From an uncultured Alphaproteobacteria bacterium (GTDB lineage Bacteria > Pseudomonadota > Alphaproteobacteria > UBA3830), in contig CALXQQ010000015.1 in NCBI GenBank assembly GCA_944390775.1, forward strand, positions 14,007 through 78,006: a DNA stretch of 64,000 nucleotides. Reading direction: 5' to 3'. The translations under genes and the position numbers were made by a program. Below are positions 48,543-58,840 of the stretch, one piece after another (the first letter of the stretch is position 1; each line of letters begins with the position of its first letter). Under the pieces are notes generated by a model that saw only the letters and a list, made by a program, of their open reading frames with translations, was not told the origin of the DNA and made no database searches.

Positions 48543-48668
48543 ATGAAAGTGGTTAATTCTCTGAAGACTATACGTAGTCGGCACAAGAATTGTCGCCTTG
48601 TTAGGCGCAAGGGACGCGTTTATGTAATCAACAAGACAAATCCGCGTTTTAAAGCAAGACAGGGGTAA
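48543..48668 (+). CDS. rpmJ: 50S ribosomal protein L36 (absent from the ORF track because it is under 60 aa)
   Basis: My manual translation is [41 protein letters not shown]. This is the non-zinc L36 paralogue pattern. Confidence 0.9.
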   Translation: MKVVNSLKTIRSRHKNCRLVRRKGRVYVINKTNPRFKARQG

Positions 48669-48687
48669 CTTATCCCCCTGTTTTTAT
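48660..48687 (+). terminator. Rho-independent terminator candidate after rpmJ
   Basis: CAGGGG(48660-65)/CCCCTG(48675-80) form the stem, followed by TTTTTATT. Confidence 0.6.
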
Positions 48688-48738
48688 TCATCGTTTTTAG
48701 TACAAGGGTATCAACAAACAATAATGGAGAAAAATTAA

Positions 48739-50424
48739 ATGACTGATGAAACAGCTGCCCCTGAGGTAGGGTTTGCAGACTTATTTGAGCAATCTTGCAA
48801 AGGATCGCTTTGGGCTAACAAAGTGGTAAAAGGAACCATCACTGCGGTAGACGATAATTTCGTAACAGTTGACGTGGGTCTTAAATCAGAAGGACGTATC
48901 CCTATGTCGGAATTTTGCTGTGGTGGAGCAAAACCCGAATTAAAAGTAGGAGATGTTGTAGACGTTCTGGTAGATCGCTACGAAAGCAAAAATGGTGAAA
49001 TCGTATTGAGTCGTGAAAAAGCACTCAGAGAAGCAGCATGGGATGACTTTGAAGAATGCTTCCGCAAGCGCAAACCGATCATGGGCACAATATTCAACAG
49101 AGTAAAAGGCGGATTTATGGTTGCGTTAAAAGGCACAACAGCCTTTTTACCTGGAAGTCAGGCGGACGTACGACCAATCAAAGACATTACGCCTCTATTA
49201 GGTGTCGAACAACCATTTATGATCCTCAAAATGGACAAATTGAGGGAAAACATAGTAGTCTCCCGTAGAGAAATTTTAGAGGGTGCCAACGCTGAAGAAA
49301 TTTCAAAAGTTCTTGATTCATTAGAGGAAGGCAAAATCATCGATGGTGTCGTGAAAAACATCACGAGCTATGGTGTATTCGTAGATATTGGTGGCGTGGA
49401 TGGCTTGCTGCACAACACAGACATATCTTGGAAGCGAGTAAATCATCCATCAGAAGTACTTTCTCCTGGACAGCCTGTAAAAGTCAAGGTTATCAAGTTC
49501 AACCGCGAGACTCGCCGTATTTCTCTTGGCATTAAGCAGCTATCAGCTGATCCTTGGGAAGGCGTAGATACAGTCTTCAAAGTTGGAGATCGTGTAACAG
49601 GTAAAGTGACCAACATAACTGATTATGGTCTTTTCGTAGAGCTTAAAGAAGGCGTAGAAGGCTTAGTCTATATGTCTGAAGTAAGCTGGAAAAAGAATGT
49701 CTCTCCTCACTCAATTGCAAAACAAGGAGATGATATTGAGGTAATTGTCCTAGATGTAGACACGGTAAAGAGACGCATTGGTCTTGGCATAAAGCAACTG
49801 CAAGAAAATCCATGGGCCAAAGTGGTTAAAGAATTCCCTGTTGGACACGTGTTTGATACAGTTATCACAAATGTCACGGAATTCGGAGTGTTTGCTCAGA
49901 TAGCCGATGACATAGATGGCATGATTCATCGTAATGATCTTGCATGGGAACGCATCTCAGATGAAGCTTTGGCGCAGTTCAAGAAGGGCGATACCATTAC
50001 GGTTAAGGTACTGGAAATCAACCCTGAAAAAGAACGCATTGCTCTTGGTGTAAAACAATTGACAGAGCCTTCTGCTGCGATTCGCGATCTTGAGATCAAG
50101 AAAGGTGCGGTTGTAACTTGTGTGATCGCATCTCTCGAAGAGGATGGAATAGAGGTTACGCTAGCCGATGGAACACCTGGATTCATCAAGAAAGCAGATC
50201 TTGCAAAAGATCGTCAAGATCGCCGCACGGATCGTTTTGCTGTCGGAGAAAAAGTCGACGCGAAAATTACATCTATCGATAAGAATCGCAAGGTGTATTT
50301 GTCGATTCGTGTACTCGAGATCGAAAAAGAGAAACAGGCGATGGCAGAGTTTGGATCATCCAACAGTGGCGCCAGCTTGGGTGACATTTTGGGTGTTGCA
50401 ATCGCGAAATCAAAAAAAGATTAG
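48739..50424 (+). CDS. rpsA: 30S ribosomal protein S1
   Basis: 561 aa with six S1 (OB) repeats, each with G.V..(V/I)..(F/Y)G.FV...G..G(L/M).H. Confidence 0.95.
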   Translation: MTDETAAPEVGFADLFEQSCKGSLWANKVVKGTITAVDDNFVTVDVGLKSEGRIPMSEFCCGGAKPELKVGDVVDVLVDRYESKNGEIVLSREKALREAAWDDFEECFRKRKPIMGTIFNRVKGGFMVALKGTTAFLPGSQADVRPIKDITPLLGVEQPFMILKMDKLRENIVVSRREILEGANAEEISKVLDSLEEGKIIDGVVKNITSYGVFVDIGGVDGLLHNTDISWKRVNHPSEVLSPGQPVKVKVIKFNRETRRISLGIKQLSADPWEGVDTVFKVGDRVTGKVTNITDYGLFVELKEGVEGLVYMSEVSWKKNVSPHSIAKQGDDIEVIVLDVDTVKRRIGLGIKQLQENPWAKVVKEFPVGHVFDTVITNVTEFGVFAQIADDIDGMIHRNDLAWERISDEALAQFKKGDTITVKVLEINPEKERIALGVKQLTEPSAAIRDLEIKKGAVVTCVIASLEEDGIEVTLADGTPGFIKKADLAKDRQDRRTDRFAVGEKVDAKITSIDKNRKVYLSIRVLEIEKEKQAMAEFGSSNSGASLGDILGVAIAKSKKD

Positions 50425-50530
50425 TCCTGCGTGCTACTAGCTTAAGCTGTAGCTCAGGCAATTGATGGCTGCTGACTAGTGTTGGCAGCCTTAATAATAT
50501 AAGTTTGAAGATATAAGTTTGGAGATATAT

Positions 50531-51790
50531 ATGAAAAAGTCAGCGCAAGTATTTGGCATATGGCTAGCAGTAGCGTTATTTTACTTCTACGCTTTTATAG
50601 CTCGTTCTTCCTTTGTGACAGTTCTAGCGCATGATTTCATGCAGTTTTTTAAAATTGACGCTGCAGGGCTCAGCATACTTACTAGCTGTTACTATTGGGT
50701 ATATACGTTTATGCAAATACCCGCTGGTATCATTTTGGACAAGTACAGCATAAAGACGGTAGGATCTCTTATGGGATTTTCCACATCTATAGGTGTCCTG
50801 TTATTAGTGCTAACCTCCAACTTTTATTTGGCATGTTTATCAGAAATGCTAATCGCATTTGGATCATCGTTTGTATTCGTTTTTGCGCTAAAAATTATAT
50901 CTACATACTTTCCTAAGCATAAGATTGCGATCATGACTTCATACACCATATCGTTAGGAGTATGTGGCCCTGTTGTAGGCGGTCCTTTGGTATCCGCTGT
51001 ATCTTGTTATGTTGATTGGCGTCATTTAGTGATAGGGTATGGTATATTAGGTGTAGCATTTGCGATGCTGTTACGGTATGTAGTGCTTGGTCATGCACCT
51101 GAACCACAATCATCCTCAGAGTCTAGTCAGGAAGAAAAAATACCTGTCTTTACGGCACTGAAAAAAGTAGTAGCCTCCCCTGTCTTATGGGTATTAGGAC
51201 TATATACTATGGCTCTATATGGCCCTTTAAGTGCGTTAGGAGACCTATGGGGTGTTAGCCTTGTTTCAACATTATTTGGAATTGACAGAATTGTCGCTGC
51301 AGTAATAGGTAACATGCTTTATGTAGGTGTTCTTGTTGGATCACCATGCAATACATACTTAGCTTATAAAATGGGCAGCTACAAAAAAGTTATGGTATTG
51401 TCAACTATTTCCGTTGTATTGCTACTTGGATCAATGGTGGTCTTTCCCAAATTACCGACACCAATTATCTTCGCAATTTTCTTCCTGACTGGTTTTTGCT
51501 GTGGCAGTATGTTTAGCTATGCGCTGGGTCTATTGGAATTCCCTGCAAGCATGGGCGGATGTGTCACCAGTTTCATCAACATGATGAGCATGGTCAGCGG
51601 AATAATTCTCATGCCTGGGTTTAGTTTCTTCTTGAAACTACAATGGAACGGAGCAATGGAGAATGGCGTACCTGTATATAGTCCGGATAATTTCCGTTTA
51701 GCACTATTAGCTGTAGTAATCTTCTGTGCCATTGGAATTGTCACATCTTTGTTGGTGAAGGATAGCAAACCCGCTCAAGCGGACGCATAA
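50531..51790 (+). CDS. MFS transporter
   Basis: About 12 TMs and an MFS loop-2/3-like motif (MQIPAGIILDKYSIKT). The start is taken at ATG 50531, 7 nt after GGAG. Confidence 0.75.
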   Translation: MKKSAQVFGIWLAVALFYFYAFIARSSFVTVLAHDFMQFFKIDAAGLSILTSCYYWVYTFMQIPAGIILDKYSIKTVGSLMGFSTSIGVLLLVLTSNFYLACLSEMLIAFGSSFVFVFALKIISTYFPKHKIAIMTSYTISLGVCGPVVGGPLVSAVSCYVDWRHLVIGYGILGVAFAMLLRYVVLGHAPEPQSSSESSQEEKIPVFTALKKVVASPVLWVLGLYTMALYGPLSALGDLWGVSLVSTLFGIDRIVAAVIGNMLYVGVLVGSPCNTYLAYKMGSYKKVMVLSTISVVLLLGSMVVFPKLPTPIIFAIFFLTGFCCGSMFSYALGLLEFPASMGGCVTSFINMMSMVSGIILMPGFSFFLKLQWNGAMENGVPVYSPDNFRLALLAVVIFCAIGIVTSLLVKDSKPAQADA

Positions 51791-51838
51791 TGGTGAAATA
51801 GAGGATATTTGTTTTGTAAAGTGAGCTGGAGAAAAACG

Positions 51839-53404
51839 ATGGAATCGACTGCATATGAAAATGCTAAATCTTGGCCATTTGTAGAAGCGCGCAAGTTACT
51901 AGATCGAGCTTCAATCAAGCAGAAAGGGTATGCGCTGTTAGAGTCGGGATATGGTCCGTCAGGCTTACCTCATATTGGCACATTTGGAGAAGTTGCTCGT
52001 ACGACATATGTAAAGCATGCTTTTGAATGTCTTACAGGAATGCCAGCAAAGATATTTGCATTCTCGGATGACAGAGATGGATTACGCAAAGTTCCGGACA
52101 ACATTCCTCAACGAGAAATGGTAGAACAGTACTTGAATTTTCCACTAACAGACATTCCTGATCCATTTGGATGTCATGCTAGTTTTGGAGAGCACAACAA
52201 TTGCAAACTAATTGAATTTTTAGATGCTTTTGGTTTTGATTATGAATTTCAAAGTGCCACCTATTGGTATAAAAGTGGAAAATTCAATGAAGTGCTATTA
52301 AAGGTACTAGCGCATCACAGAGAAATTTTAGATATCATGCTAGCCAGTCTAAGAGAGGAGCGTGCTGCTACCTACAGTCCATTTCTACCGATTTCGCCCA
52401 AAACAGGTCGTGTGCTGCAAGTTCCTGTGAAAGAATATCGTGTTTCGGATGGCACAATAGTATTCCAAGATGAAGATGGCACTTTAACAGAGCTACCAGT
52501 TACTGATGGTCATTGCAAACTACAATGGAAAGTGGATTGGGCAGCTAGATGGGTAGCTCTAGGTGTAGATTATGAAATGGCAGGAAAGGATCTGATCGAC
52601 TCTGTAAAGTTATCATCCAAGATTTGCAAAGTACTTGGAGGGACGCCTCCAGAAGGCTTCAACTATGAGCTATTTCTTGATGAGCATGGAAGTAAAATTT
52701 CTAAATCCAAAGGTAACGGACTTAGCATGGAAGACTGGCTTCGTTATGCGCCACAAGAAAGTCTTGCAAACTTTATGTTTGGATCTCCTAAAAGTGCAAA
52801 GAAGTTATATTTTGGGGTTATTCCTCGACAAGTAGACATGTACGTATCGAATTTACAAGCCTTTACCACTCAAACAGATGAAAAAAAGTTGGATAATCCT
52901 GTTTGGCATATTCACAATGGAAATCCTCCACATCCCGAGATTTGTGGTGTATCTTTTTCTCTGCTATTGAATCTGGCTAGTGTTTGCAATACAGAAGACA
53001 AAGACATACTGTGGGGATTTGTGAAAAAATACAGGTGTCATTTAAATCCAGCAAGCATGAAGTTTCTAGATCTACTAATTGAGCATGCGATTAACTATTA
53101 CCAGGATTTTGTTAAGCCTTGCAAGAATTATGCGACACCATCTGAAGATGAAAGAGCTGCGTTAGTAGACTTACGTGAACGTCTTATTAATGCTGCAGAT
53201 TCTGCAACTGCCGAAGAATTGCAAGCGATTGTATTTGAGGTTGGAAAAGCTCATAATTATACTGAGCTAAGGGATTGGTTTAATACTTTGTATCGTGTTC
53301 TTTTTGGGCAAGAAGATGGCCCACGAATGGGATCATTCATTGAACTTTACGGCAAAGAAAATTTCATTGAATTGATCGATAAGATGTTGGGTAAAACGGC
53401 ATGA
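51839..53404 (+). CDS. lysK: Lysine--tRNA ligase, class I
   Basis: The HIGH-type motif is SGLPHIGTFGE and the KMSKS-type motif is KISKSKGNG. The N-terminus WPFVEARKLL is typical of class I LysRS. The start is set at ATG 51839. Confidence 0.88.
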   Translation: MESTAYENAKSWPFVEARKLLDRASIKQKGYALLESGYGPSGLPHIGTFGEVARTTYVKHAFECLTGMPAKIFAFSDDRDGLRKVPDNIPQREMVEQYLNFPLTDIPDPFGCHASFGEHNNCKLIEFLDAFGFDYEFQSATYWYKSGKFNEVLLKVLAHHREILDIMLASLREERAATYSPFLPISPKTGRVLQVPVKEYRVSDGTIVFQDEDGTLTELPVTDGHCKLQWKVDWAARWVALGVDYEMAGKDLIDSVKLSSKICKVLGGTPPEGFNYELFLDEHGSKISKSKGNGLSMEDWLRYAPQESLANFMFGSPKSAKKLYFGVIPRQVDMYVSNLQAFTTQTDEKKLDNPVWHIHNGNPPHPEICGVSFSLLLNLASVCNTEDKDILWGFVKKYRCHLNPASMKFLDLLIEHAINYYQDFVKPCKNYATPSEDERAALVDLRERLINAADSATAEELQAIVFEVGKAHNYTELRDWFNTLYRVLFGQEDGPRMGSFIELYGKENFIELIDKMLGKTA

Positions 53405-54054
53405 ACTCCTGTCGCCTGATGGAATGGCTCAGCGAAATGGGAGAAACAGACATTTGGGATGAGCCTATGTCGATACAGGCAGTACAAAAAAGCAATGTGG
53501 TGACGCTACAAGAGCTACGCGCCCTCATGGAGCAAGTTGATTCTCCACTCAAACAATGTGCGACCAATATGGTGTTTGGTGTTGGCAATGAGCATGCGAA
53601 TGTTTTGCTATTAGGAGAAGCGCCTGGCGCGGAAGAAGACAAACAGGGATTGCCTTTTGTTGGGCAAAGCGGACAATTGCTAGATAAAATGCTTGCAGCA
53701 ATCGGCTTAGATCGTAGCATGGTATATATAACGAACATATTACCATGGAGACCTCCGGGGAATCGCACTCCTACTTCTGAAGAAATTGCTTTATTTCTCC
53801 CCTATGTATTGAAGCATATATCCATTATTTCCCCAAAGATTGTCGTATGTTTAGGTGGAACTGCTACCAAGGCATTATTGCAAAAAAACGATGGAATCGT
53901 ACGTTTACGTGGCCGTTGGACAAAGGTAGAAGGAATGTCTGCTCGTGTAATTGCAACATTTCATCCTGCATATCTACTACGTTCTCCATCACAAAAACGA
54001 GAAGCTTGGATTGATTTCTTACAAATTAAATCTGCCCTTGCTTCGATCAACTAA
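53401..54054 (+). CDS. udg: Uracil-DNA glycosylase, family 4
   Basis: LLGEAPGAEEDKQGLPFVGQSGQLLDKML and the C-terminal TFHPAYLLR. Confidence 0.85.
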   Translation: MNSCRLMEWLSEMGETDIWDEPMSIQAVQKSNVVTLQELRALMEQVDSPLKQCATNMVFGVGNEHANVLLLGEAPGAEEDKQGLPFVGQSGQLLDKMLAAIGLDRSMVYITNILPWRPPGNRTPTSEEIALFLPYVLKHISIISPKIVVCLGGTATKALLQKNDGIVRLRGRWTKVEGMSARVIATFHPAYLLRSPSQKREAWIDFLQIKSALASIN

Positions 54055-55400
54055 CGCTCAGAATCATACGGATTATGAGGTTTACGTACAATTAAACGTA
54101 ATGGAACGCCTCCAAGTTTAAAATTACGACGCAAATTATTTAATAAATAGCGTTCATAACTCACCGGTAATGCTTCTGCACGCCCAGCGAAAAGCGTAAA
54201 AGTCGGAGGACGAATACTTGTCTGAGATATGTATTTCAATTTAATTGGCATACCCTTAGCAAGAGGTGGAGGATTATTCGCAACAGCTTTTTGAAACCAT
54301 TTATTCAGCTGTCCGGTAGAAATTCTCTTAGACCATGTATCATGCAAACTCAAAGCTGTCGTAAAAATACGATGCAGACCCTTGTGCTCCTTAGCTGATA
54401 CTAACAGACATGGCACATCTGGTAACTGAGCAAATTCCTTTGAAAGACGCCATTTTATCGTTTCGAGAATTTCTGCTGCATTCGACACCATATCGCTTTT
54501 ATTAAGTAGAAATACTATGACTTTTCCTTCATTTAATGCCTTACGTGCAATGGTTAAATCCTGCTTTTCTAATGAATTTCTGATATCCATTGTAACGAAA
54601 ATAATATCTGCGCGCGCTATATTTTTCCAAGCATCCTGGACAGCAATATGCTCAAGATGCGATAACTTTGCCTTTCGCTGGCCTGCTGTATCAACAAGTA
54701 CTAATTCCCGTGCACCGAATTTCCATTTTACAGATATTGCATCTCGCGTAATTCCAGCTTCATCTCCTGTAAGTAGCCGATTCTCCCCCACAATTGCGTT
54801 GATCATGGTTGATTTTCCAACATTTGGACGTCCGACAAAAGCAATTTTTACCGAATCCGAATTGCTCGCAGATATCGTAGCAGAACCGCCTTCTACATTA
54901 GATAGTGTATCCGATTCTCCTTCCATTTCATGCAAGTGTTCAAAAATCTTCTCTAAGCCCCAATTATGCAAAGCAGACATCGCGATTCCATCACCAAATC
55001 CTAATCGCATAACGTCATTATGTGACTTGGCTTTATCTGTTTTATTTTTCACTAATAATACCGGCTTTGATTTTGAATACTTTCTAATCCATAGAGCGAT
55101 CGCTTTATCGTATTCTGAAATATCTTCGCTAACATCAACCACAAATAAAATTACATCAGATTCCTCTATCGCCAGCAATGTCTGCTGATTCATACCTGCC
55201 GCTAAAGACGTAGATGATAATAAATCAATGCCCGCAGTATCTATTACCTCAAATTCCAAACCGAATAGACTCGCTTGCGAACATTTGCGATCTCGCGTAA
55301 CCCCAGCCTCATCACTGACAATCGCAGACTTCCTTCCCACTAACCTATTGAACAGTGCCGACTTTCCGACATTGGGTTTCCCAACTAAAGCTATCTTCAT
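54051..55400 (-). CDS. der: Ribosome-biogenesis GTPase Der (EngA)
   Basis: Two tandem GTPase domains are present (GKPNVGKSALFNRL...DTAG...NKTD; GRPNVGKSTMINAI...DTAG...NKSD) plus a KH-like C-terminus. The start ATG at 55400 overlaps the bamB stop (ATGA). Confidence 0.92.
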   Translation of the reverse strand: MKIALVGKPNVGKSALFNRLVGRKSAIVSDEAGVTRDRKCSQASLFGLEFEVIDTAGIDLLSSTSLAAGMNQQTLLAIEESDVILFVVDVSEDISEYDKAIALWIRKYSKSKPVLLVKNKTDKAKSHNDVMRLGFGDGIAMSALHNWGLEKIFEHLHEMEGESDTLSNVEGGSATISASNSDSVKIAFVGRPNVGKSTMINAIVGENRLLTGDEAGITRDAISVKWKFGARELVLVDTAGQRKAKLSHLEHIAVQDAWKNIARADIIFVTMDIRNSLEKQDLTIARKALNEGKVIVFLLNKSDMVSNAAEILETIKWRLSKEFAQLPDVPCLLVSAKEHKGLHRIFTTALSLHDTWSKRISTGQLNKWFQKAVANNPPPLAKGMPIKLKYISQTSIRPPTFTLFAGRAEALPVSYERYLLNNLRRNFKLGGVPLRLIVRKPHNPYDSER

Positions 55401-56692
55401 TTGTAAGCTGCTATGCGACCACAATTGCTTTGAATATATATCACACCATCAACAGCAATTGGATTTACCGACACACCCTCATCATTATCATCTATCTCTA
55501 TAACTCGCTCAATCTTACCATCAGCTGTAGAAACTAACGACAAGTATCCATTCGGCGACAACATAGCAATATACCCATCTAACAAAAGCTGCCCATACCA
55601 GCCATAGGAAACATCTTCGGATGTCAATTTCGTGGACCAGCGCTTTTTCCCACTAAACCGATTTAGACACACCAACTCAGATGGCGCATTAAACAAAAAT
55701 ATGCTATTCCCACTCACCAGCGGTGTCTGCACTCCACCATAATCCGCCTGCCACAACAGAGAACCATTTTTGGTATTATAAGCAGATATCCGTGCATTAG
55801 CCGAAGTCACATATAACACTCCATCTTTTACTACCGGACATGCTCGCGGATGCGCAAATGAATGAGATATGTTCGTAAGCGAAAACTTGGATATCATAGT
55901 GTGCCAAACAACTGTGCCATTTTCCTCAAGTAACGCATATACTTCTCCAGACGGATAGGCCACATACACAACACCATTATCCACAGCAGGAGCAGCACTT
56001 CCTATGTATGATACATCTGCTCCTATGCCAGAATGCGACCACAAAGACTTTCCTGTGCGCACGTCTATTACTTGCAGTTTTCCATCTCCACACAAAATAA
56101 ACGCTTTACCATTGGAAACAGTTATAGCATCTCCTTTTGCAGCAGCAGAAAGCTTGATCCGCCAAATAATCTTTCCGCTGTCTATATCGAGAGCCATACT
56201 TTCTGCAAAACTCGTGTTCACTATCAGCATATTATCGACACAGGCTAAAGATCCGCCTATCTGTCCATCCTTTCCACTAATTGTAGAGCTAAATCTCCAG
56301 ATAAGCTCGCCTGTGCTCTGATCAAGTGCATAGACAATACCGCCAGCATCCATGCAGAATATTTTTCCGCGAGTTGCAACAGGAGCAGCCGTAATTTTTA
56401 ACGCTTTTCCCGATTCAAATGATAACTCCTTAAACCACAATTCGCTCAAGCCAGAAGAAAACTGTAATGGTCGATAATTATGAACACAATTGTACCCACT
56501 CTGAGGCCAGTCCTTATTCAATAACGAACCCGAATCAACCTCCACAGGAGTTGTATCTGTCGCCCTAACCGAATTGTCGCTCACTTCTCCTATAAATAAC
56601 TCATCACGCTTGCCGGTCAATTGCTCTTTTGACGAACATCCAATCAATAACACAAGAGATGCTACAGCACCTGACCATACAAAATGCTTCAC
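55397..56692 (-). CDS. bamB: Outer-membrane protein assembly factor BamB (PQQ-like beta-propeller lipoprotein)
   Basis: The lipobox is LLIGCSS. WR/W-containing blades repeat (GELIWRF, GKIIWRI, GKSLWSH, GTVVWHT, GSLLWQA, GKKRWST). Confidence 0.85.
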   Translation of the reverse strand: MKHFVWSGAVASLVLLIGCSSKEQLTGKRDELFIGEVSDNSVRATDTTPVEVDSGSLLNKDWPQSGYNCVHNYRPLQFSSGLSELWFKELSFESGKALKITAAPVATRGKIFCMDAGGIVYALDQSTGELIWRFSSTISGKDGQIGGSLACVDNMLIVNTSFAESMALDIDSGKIIWRIKLSAAAKGDAITVSNGKAFILCGDGKLQVIDVRTGKSLWSHSGIGADVSYIGSAAPAVDNGVVYVAYPSGEVYALLEENGTVVWHTMISKFSLTNISHSFAHPRACPVVKDGVLYVTSANARISAYNTKNGSLLWQADYGGVQTPLVSGNSIFLFNAPSELVCLNRFSGKKRWSTKLTSEDVSYGWYGQLLLDGYIAMLSPNGYLSLVSTADGKIERVIEIDDNDEGVSVNPIAVDGVIYIQSNCGRIAAYK

Positions 56693-57366
56693 TTCTTCTT
56701 CTCCACTATTTGTACCGAATCCTTATTACGCAAATAATTTAATAACATGCCTATCCTTTTGTGCATTGTATTCGGCGTTTTTTTATCCGCAAGAATAGAT
56801 TCTAAACAACGAAATGCTTCCTCATGATTGCCTTCTTTTTCATAGAAAATGGCCATCATCTCCAATGCTGACAAACGAAAAGGCCTGCCCTCAGCTGTCA
56901 ACGGCTTAAGCATATCTATCAACTCCTTGTTTGACGCTAAATGATACGATGCACATATGATAACCGCTATATCACGCCAAACAACATGAACATTCTGATT
57001 GCGAGATAATGCTAATAATGCATCAGAATTGTCGTATACCTCCTCCAAACTTGCAAGCTTGCGACCCGATTTTATCAATGTCAGTATCGGCTTCATTTCA
57101 GCTGGAGCGTCTCTTAATAATCCAGCAAGTGTTGCATCATGCTTACGCAGTGTAGGAGTTTGTAAAATCTCAACTAACGTCGTTGTCGCACTTTCCATCT
57201 CCCGATTTCTACGATTGTACCAAGAAGAATACCCAAAGATAAATAACACAATAACCAGCAATCCCCAACCTATAGCTTGCTGATGCTTCTGGAAAAATTT
57301 ATACAACTCTTCCTGCTTGACCTCTTCTTCAATCTCCTTAAGAACCGAGTTTATATCTTCTGCCAC
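56689..57366 (-). CDS. YfgM-like membrane-anchored TPR protein
   Basis: N-terminal TM, a helical-repeat C-domain, and the conserved yfgM-bamB-der order with 4-nt overlaps. Confidence 0.55.
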   Translation of the reverse strand: MAEDINSVLKEIEEEVKQEELYKFFQKHQQAIGWGLLVIVLFIFGYSSWYNRRNREMESATTTLVEILQTPTLRKHDATLAGLLRDAPAEMKPILTLIKSGRKLASLEEVYDNSDALLALSRNQNVHVVWRDIAVIICASYHLASNKELIDMLKPLTAEGRPFRLSALEMMAIFYEKEGNHEEAFRCLESILADKKTPNTMHKRIGMLLNYLRNKDSVQIVEKKK

Positions 57367-57490
57367 GTAGAATACTCCAATGTAAACAACACAATTCTAA
57401 ACTATGTGACGCTTCATGACCAGTGTATTTTAAAATTCTCGTTAATAATTATTACCTATAATAGCCTCCGAACTAGTATGGAGTTGTAAT

Positions 57491-57979
57491 TTGAACAATC
57501 CTGCCCTGTATAATCCTGGTGTATACCTAATATTTGTCGCTTTTGGTCTGTTTCAAGCCCTGGTTGGCTCTCCTAGCGGATCCAAAAAAGATTTTGAAAT
57601 TTGCGGATTGATCATACCACCTAAACGCTTCAATGGCCTTTTTATGGCAACAATCTTCACCTTGTTCGCCTGTTTCTCTTTCATCCTCCCAATGATATTT
57701 CCCGAATATCCCGCAATACGTAGCACTTTACCAAACCCCGTGTTGATGTATTTTATCTTGATTATAATTTGCGACGTTCTTATTCCATGTCTCAGGAATG
57801 ACACAGAAGCAATATCTGCTCTCAGAAAAAAAATAGGCGATAACATAGCGGATTTGTCTAACAAAAAGATAATCATCATCACTGCACTAATCGCTATCAC
57901 AGTGCTGCCTATAGCTATTAATATCTACTCTACTATACTGTACACCACACCTCAAACATTGCGAAAACAAATTAAATAA
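57491..57979 (+). CDS. Hypothetical membrane protein (about 4 TMs)
   Basis: 162 aa with a TTG start. Hydrophobic segments are present but no recognisable motif. Confidence 0.45.
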   Translation: MNNPALYNPGVYLIFVAFGLFQALVGSPSGSKKDFEICGLIIPPKRFNGLFMATIFTLFACFSFILPMIFPEYPAIRSTLPNPVLMYFILIIICDVLIPCLRNDTEAISALRKKIGDNIADLSNKKIIIITALIAITVLPIAINIYSTILYTTPQTLRKQIK

Positions 57980-58013
57980 AATACAATGCAATATTATTGA
58001 ATATGAGGTCCGC

Positions 58014-58727
58014 ATGATAATCGATCCCAACAAAAGCACTACCTACTATCTACAAGCATTCGACAAACTAGATACGTCTGGCGAGCACACTTTTAACAAT
58101 GCTGCTGCCTATTTGGGCTGCCTATGGATGCTATATCGTAAAATGTATCTTTATGCTATATTAGCCCTTGTATTTCAGATGATTATGACCGTTATCTTGG
58201 GGATTGTCGGGAAAAAACTCACGTTCTTTGGAGATGCAGAAACCGGTCAGTATATTGGACATGTAATATCAATTATAGTCAGCATAAAACTGTTTGGAAA
58301 TTACGGAAATTCCCTCTATTACAGAGACATAAAATCACGCATAGCAAAAGGATATCATGTGGCTTATGATTATCAGGCAACAGCCTTACCTCTGGCCATA
58401 CTGTTTTCTGTAATGCGCGCTTCTACAGCGGCCATGCCCATCCTTTTGATCCCGATTATATCCCTGGTTGCGTGGTTTTTTCATTATAAAGACAGCGCAT
58501 TACTGACTCAACAACCTAACTACGACATTATTATTAGACCCGATCTGGTTCAACAGTATTTGAACCGAGGATCAACAAGCTCTAGTTATATGCAATCTAC
58601 AAATTACTGCGTATATTTTCTAAGTGGCGTCGCCGCAATATTTACAGCAATAAAACTATTTGATAATCCCAGTCCAGCAAAAATAATAGTAACCGTTCTG
58701 AACATGATACTAACCGTAATCGTATAG
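58014..58727 (+). CDS. Membrane protein, DUF2628-like
   Basis: FNNAAAYLGCLWMLYRKMYLYAILALVF resembles the DUF2628 signature (FNWxAFLFGxxWxxYRKMW). Several TMs are present. Confidence 0.5.
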   Translation: MIIDPNKSTTYYLQAFDKLDTSGEHTFNNAAAYLGCLWMLYRKMYLYAILALVFQMIMTVILGIVGKKLTFFGDAETGQYIGHVISIIVSIKLFGNYGNSLYYRDIKSRIAKGYHVAYDYQATALPLAILFSVMRASTAAMPILLIPIISLVAWFFHYKDSALLTQQPNYDIIIRPDLVQQYLNRGSTSSSYMQSTNYCVYFLSGVAAIFTAIKLFDNPSPAKIIVTVLNMILTVIV

Positions 58728-58840
58728 GGGGATATACCCCCCTGTGCAACTCAGAATCTGAGTAAATATTTCCTACCACATCATCCATGCAATTTTCGTT
58801 CAACTGTGTTACCATGGGGTGTGTGTTATTCGAGGGAATT

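Noticed and set aside
50466-50489. GGCTGC/GCAGCC hairpin after rpsA as a terminator
   Set aside because: The stem is only 6 bp with a 12-nt loop, and the tail is A/T-mixed, not a T-run. This is too weak to annotate.
54517-55188. 223-aa ORF on the + strand
   Set aside because: It is entirely antisense to the well-supported der (EngA) gene. Its composition (S/F/I/P-rich) is typical of a shadow ORF, and it has no motif or RBS.
57430-57445. CtrA-box-like TTAA...TTAA upstream of the 57491 ORF
   Set aside because: The spacing is 8 nt, not the required 7. I found no exact TTAA-N7-TTAA in the intergenic regions I scanned by eye, though a computational scan is still needed.
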